Below are positions 33,098-37,080 of a stretch of DNA of 37,080 nucleotides, piece after piece. The DNA lies in the NCBI GenBank assembly GCA_010093995.1, contig ML992507.1, forward strand, positions 450,528 to 487,607, given 5' to 3'. The notes beneath the pieces are model-generated. The model saw only the letters and a list, made by a program, of their open reading frames with translations, searched no databases and was not told the origin of the DNA. Numbering within the stretch: the stretch's first letter is position 1; the number at the start of each line of letters is the position of its first letter. The stretch is from Elsinoe ampelina. Lineage: Eukaryota. Position numbers and translations under genes: made by a program.

Positions 33098-34405
33098 ATA
33101 GTAACCTCTCTAGATACTTCTATAGCTAATATACCTTCTAATACCTCTCCTAGTAGCTCTTCTAAGATTAAGGATAAGTTTAATAAGTTTAAAACTATAA
33201 TAGAGATAATTATTATAGCATTTTATTACAAGTATTAAGCTAATAGGTATAGGGCTTTAGGTCTAAGTAGGCTAAAATCGAATACTAGATCCTTTAGCAT
33301 AGTTAAAGTAGCAAGGCATATTATAGTTGTCTAACTAGTTTTAAAGCAGGTTTAAGTAAGTCTTTAAAGTAGAATATTTAGAACATTATATACTAAGATA
33401 AAGATACTTAATAGTTAGCTAAGGTTAAGGTACTTAAAGTAGCTAGAGATACTAATTATAGCGTAAAGAGGAATTTACTTAAGAAGTTTAATATAAATAC
33501 TTAAGTCTAGAACCTTAGTAAAGAAGTAAAGGTAGAACTCCTTATAGAAAAGATTAAAGAAATAAAGTAGCGCTATTTTAACGCCTAGTAAAGCTATATA
33601 ATTATACTACTATATTATTACGTTTAATACTAATAGATTATAGATAAATAGCTATCTAGCAAGTTTAGAAAAGTCTATATTAAATAGTAGCGTATTAGAA
33701 AATTTACTATATGTTAAGAGTATATAGAAGTCCTTATAAAGGCAAAGGTAGCTTATACTACTAAGTCTAGTAAGAAGAATAACATATTAAAAGTAGCTAA
33801 GTAGATATATAGTTCTAGCGGAATTCTCGAGAAGCTTAAGTATAAGATTTATATAGCTAGCGCTACTAAGCTTACTATTAATAAAGGTACTAATAAGAAT
33901 ACTAAGAAGAAGTACTTAAAGTTTGTCTAGAAACTTAGTAAGGAGAGTAGGCTTACTACTATCTTCGATCCTAACTAGTAGTAAGTTCCCTATTATTATT
34001 ATATATTATTATTATATTAGTATACTAATAAATAGTAGAACTTATAATTCTATATCTCCGGCTAAGTATTAACTACTCGAGCTAATCTATCTTATAGATA
34101 AAGATAAATATATAAAGCCTAATAATAATAACAAGTATAAAGAAGTATACGAGCTAGACTATAACTCTAAGATTAAGAAACTAGCTAATAAGTATAAGAT
34201 AGATAAGTAGTATATAGAGTTTAAGGGGTTTTTCTCTAATAAGGATAAGATTATTAATAAGGGAGAGAGAGTTAAAGCGGAAAGTTCTTTAGAGAGTAGA
34301 GATAAGAAGGAGAATAATAATAAGAATAATAATAAGAATAATAATAAGAATAATAATAAGAATAATAATAAGAATAATAATAAGAATAATAATAAGAATA
34401 ATAAT
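33098..34405 (+). pseudogene. Multi-exon gene of unknown function with probable acidic C-terminal tail, RIP-inactivated, runs into the gap
   Basis: ATA GTA ACC TCT CTA GAT (ATG GCA ACC TCT CCA GAT) start. Intron-like segments at ~33356-33414, ~33588-33643 and ~33981-34035. Codon-like K/E-rich frames with RIP-type stops. No family recognised. Confidence 0.55.
34310..34405 (+). repeat. 12-bp tandem repeat (aagaataataat) x~8, truncated by the gap
   Basis: Read directly. It is in frame with the preceding pseudogene and compatible with a RIPed GAG-RAT-GAT-GAT (Glu/Asp) tract. Confidence 0.9.
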
Positions 34406-34600
34406 NNNNNNNNNNNNNNNNNNNNNNNNNNNNNNNNNNNNNNNNNNNNNNNNNNNNNNNNNNNNNNNNNNNNNNNNNNNNNNNNNNNNNNNNNNNNNNN
34501 NNNNNNNNNNNNNNNNNNNNNNNNNNNNNNNNNNNNNNNNNNNNNNNNNNNNNNNNNNNNNNNNNNNNNNNNNNNNNNNNNNNNNNNNNNNNNNNNNNNN
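34406..34600. other. Assembly gap (195 N)
   Basis: Run of N. Confidence 1.
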
Positions 34601-37080
34601 ATACTAAGGAAGATAAATTTACTAGCTTTAACTAGTAGATTTTCTATACTATAATCAACTACTAAGTAGTTTAATCTATAGTATAGTCCGGCCCTTTTAT
34701 AGATTTGAGTTTTATAATAAGATCTTTTCCTATATAGCTACTATTATTATTTATGCTTCTAATTGTTACTTCTAATAATAGTAAATTATCTATATTATTA
34801 CTTCTAACAATAGATTTCTATTACTATTGTTACTATAAATAATAGAAGGTACTAGATATATATACTATCTTATTCCTATTTATTCTTCTTTCTAAAACCT
34901 TTCTTTCTTATTATTATAGCTTCTTATATATAACTCTATTCCGACCTAGGAGATTTAATTCTCTACTAGCCTTATACTATAACTTATAGTAACTACGCTA
35001 GGCTACTATACTTACGTTAGTGTAAAGCTTATATCTGCCGTATAACTAAGTAATTTATTGATAGCGAGGAAAGGTAGACTACTTATATCTATAATAATAA
35101 TAGAGGCTCTAAACTTTGCTATAAGGCCTATTACTCTTATAATACTCCTTGTAACTTTATTAGTATTTCTAATCTAATACTACTATATTCTCTAATAAGT
35201 ATTAGTATAACAGCTTCTAGACTAATAATATTTTTAACCTTATCGACATATAGTATATACTTAATCGTTGCTATCTTAATCTTATCCGGGATTAGATTAT
35301 AATCTTTAATATACGCTATAGCGTTAAACGCTAGTAGGACGAGCTAGATAATTCTAAATCCTAAGGATCTTAATAGTTCTAATTCTTCTAGTAACTAGTT
35401 TAGTAGTATAATATAAATAAAGCATTAGTAGGCTAATAGCTTTAGTAGGTTTTTTATAACATAGATATGCTTTTAATTTTAAAAAATTTCTACTCTACCC
35501 TAATATAGATATGCCTTTAATTTTAATTATATTATCTATTCCTTAGCCCCTATATAATATAAGTCTAGCCTATAGAAATTAATATACTTCTTACTTTAAA
35601 GTTTCTATAGTATAGTATAGGATTTATTATTATATATTATAAATATATTAATAAATATTCTATAATAAGTTATCTACCTTTATTAAATAATATAATCTAC
35701 ACTAATTGACATATCTAAAGCTTCTAACTTTAAGTTAGTACTTAACCTATAACTTAGAGATACTATATATTTCTCTCTAGCTATTCTAGTAGAATTACGT
35801 AGCTTTATAATCTCTACTTAGAATGTTAGATGTAATAGTAGAATATAACAATTATAACTCCTTAAATGCTTGCCTTTTTAACCTAGTAAGAGATTTAAGA
35901 ATTAACCTCTATAATAAGCCTAGAAAGACTAGTAGAGTTAAACAATTATAGTATCTATATATAGAGAAGGCACGAAAAATACACTAAATTAGAATTCTAA
36001 AGCACGTTTTAGAGGTCTATAGGCAAATATTATAGAAGCTACTAAGATTTACAATAGAGAACTATAAGTTATTTATAATAGGTGTAGTAATATACTTACT
36101 TATCCTACTTACTATTATACTAGTAATAAAGCAATAGAGAGATATCTTAAGTCTTAGAAATATACTATAGTTGTTAAGTACTACTATAAGTAAAGCCCTA
36201 CCTAAAAAGCCCTTAAGTAATTATAATAGTATATAAAGAGCATTTACTAAATTGTCTCTCTATTCTCTACTAATACCTTCTACTATAAGCTTGTTTATGT
36301 AGTTACTAACTATAACTAGTCTTTCTATATAGTTAAGCGTTCTATCTTTAGCTAATTCCTCCGCTTCCTCTAACCTAATATTACTATACCTAGCTAGACT
36401 CTTTTTTAAGTAACACTAGTAGCATAATTTAAAAGGTTATAAAAATTGCTACTCTCTAACCTTAGTAAGAATACTAAGCTTTTAATAGCGTTAGATAGAT
36501 AGTCTACTAATAACTACTTAGGGTTTATTATAATTAAAGGCTATTTTATTAATAACTAATAGTAATTACAAGAGTAGCTTCTAGAAATAACACCTCTTCG
36601 AGGTTACTACACTAGTAAAGCTATAGTAAATAAGGTAATATAGGTACTAAAAGATATATCGGTTAAGTAATAACTACTTGTAGTTATAGTAGATAATATA
36701 TTAAACAATAGAACACTCTAAGAGTCTCTTAAAAGAAGCCTAGGTATACTAGATATTAAGTAGAACACAAAGAAGAATATAATTCTATACCTAGTATATA
36801 TTATTAATCTTATTATATAGGACATTATTAAGCATCTAAAACTTAAAACAAGTAAAGAGATTAATATAGTAAAGAAGTTATAAAACTACTATATCTAGAA
36901 TATTATAATATTAGTCTCTATCTTAAATCTACTATAGAAGGTATATAATATTTATTATATTATTTTATTACGTCCTAATATCGGCAAGCTCTATATAATA
37001 TATATTATAATTAATAGTTCTCTATAATAGTTTAAACAATTTATAGACCTCTAGAAGTATCTACTACCTAAGAAGAGGTA
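34601..37080. other. RIP-degraded unclassified sequence, possibly minus-strand coding remnants
   Basis: Same TpA-rich, CpA/TpG-poor signature and no match to families A-C. Some codon-like minus-strand stretches (e.g. RLEEAEELAKDRTL near 36335-36376). Confidence 0.4.

Noticed and set aside
33098..34405. Histone H4 as the divergent partner of the H3-like gene
   Set aside because: No H4 motifs (KRHRK, [20 protein letters not shown]) are recoverable even allowing RIP reversal, and the relic is much longer than H4.
1..37080. Alternative genetic code or stop-codon reassignment to explain abundant in-frame TAA/TAG
   Set aside because: Stops fall at Gln, Trp and Arg positions alike and differ between paralogous copies by transitions, which is the RIP pattern.

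Overview
This is an AT-rich, heavily RIP-mutated block from a filamentous ascomycete genome: CpA and TpG are scarce, TpA is very abundant, and there is no intact gene. Positions 1-31296 are a five-level nest of Ty3/Gypsy chromovirus LTR retrotransposons from three families, resolved by LTR pairs and 5-bp target-site duplications. A1 (+, 5' end outside the window, ends 31296) contains B1 (+, 3721-29168). B1 contains C1 (-, 8417-20564) and A3 (+, 21201-27466). C1 contains A2 (+, 9874-16410), and A2 contains a truncated B2 (-, 12667-13288). Families B and C each carry a RIP-damaged antisense ORF with a six-Cys cluster between the chromodomain and the 3' LTR; the one in C is spliced. Positions 31297-37080 are different RIP-degraded, gene-like DNA. 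They hold a two-intron divergent histone H3/CenH3-like pseudogene (-, ~31897-32440) head-to-head with a multi-exon pseudogene that ends in a probable acidic tail running into an assembly gap. All 'de-RIPed' protein readings are my manual reversal of C>T/G>A changes and are inferences.
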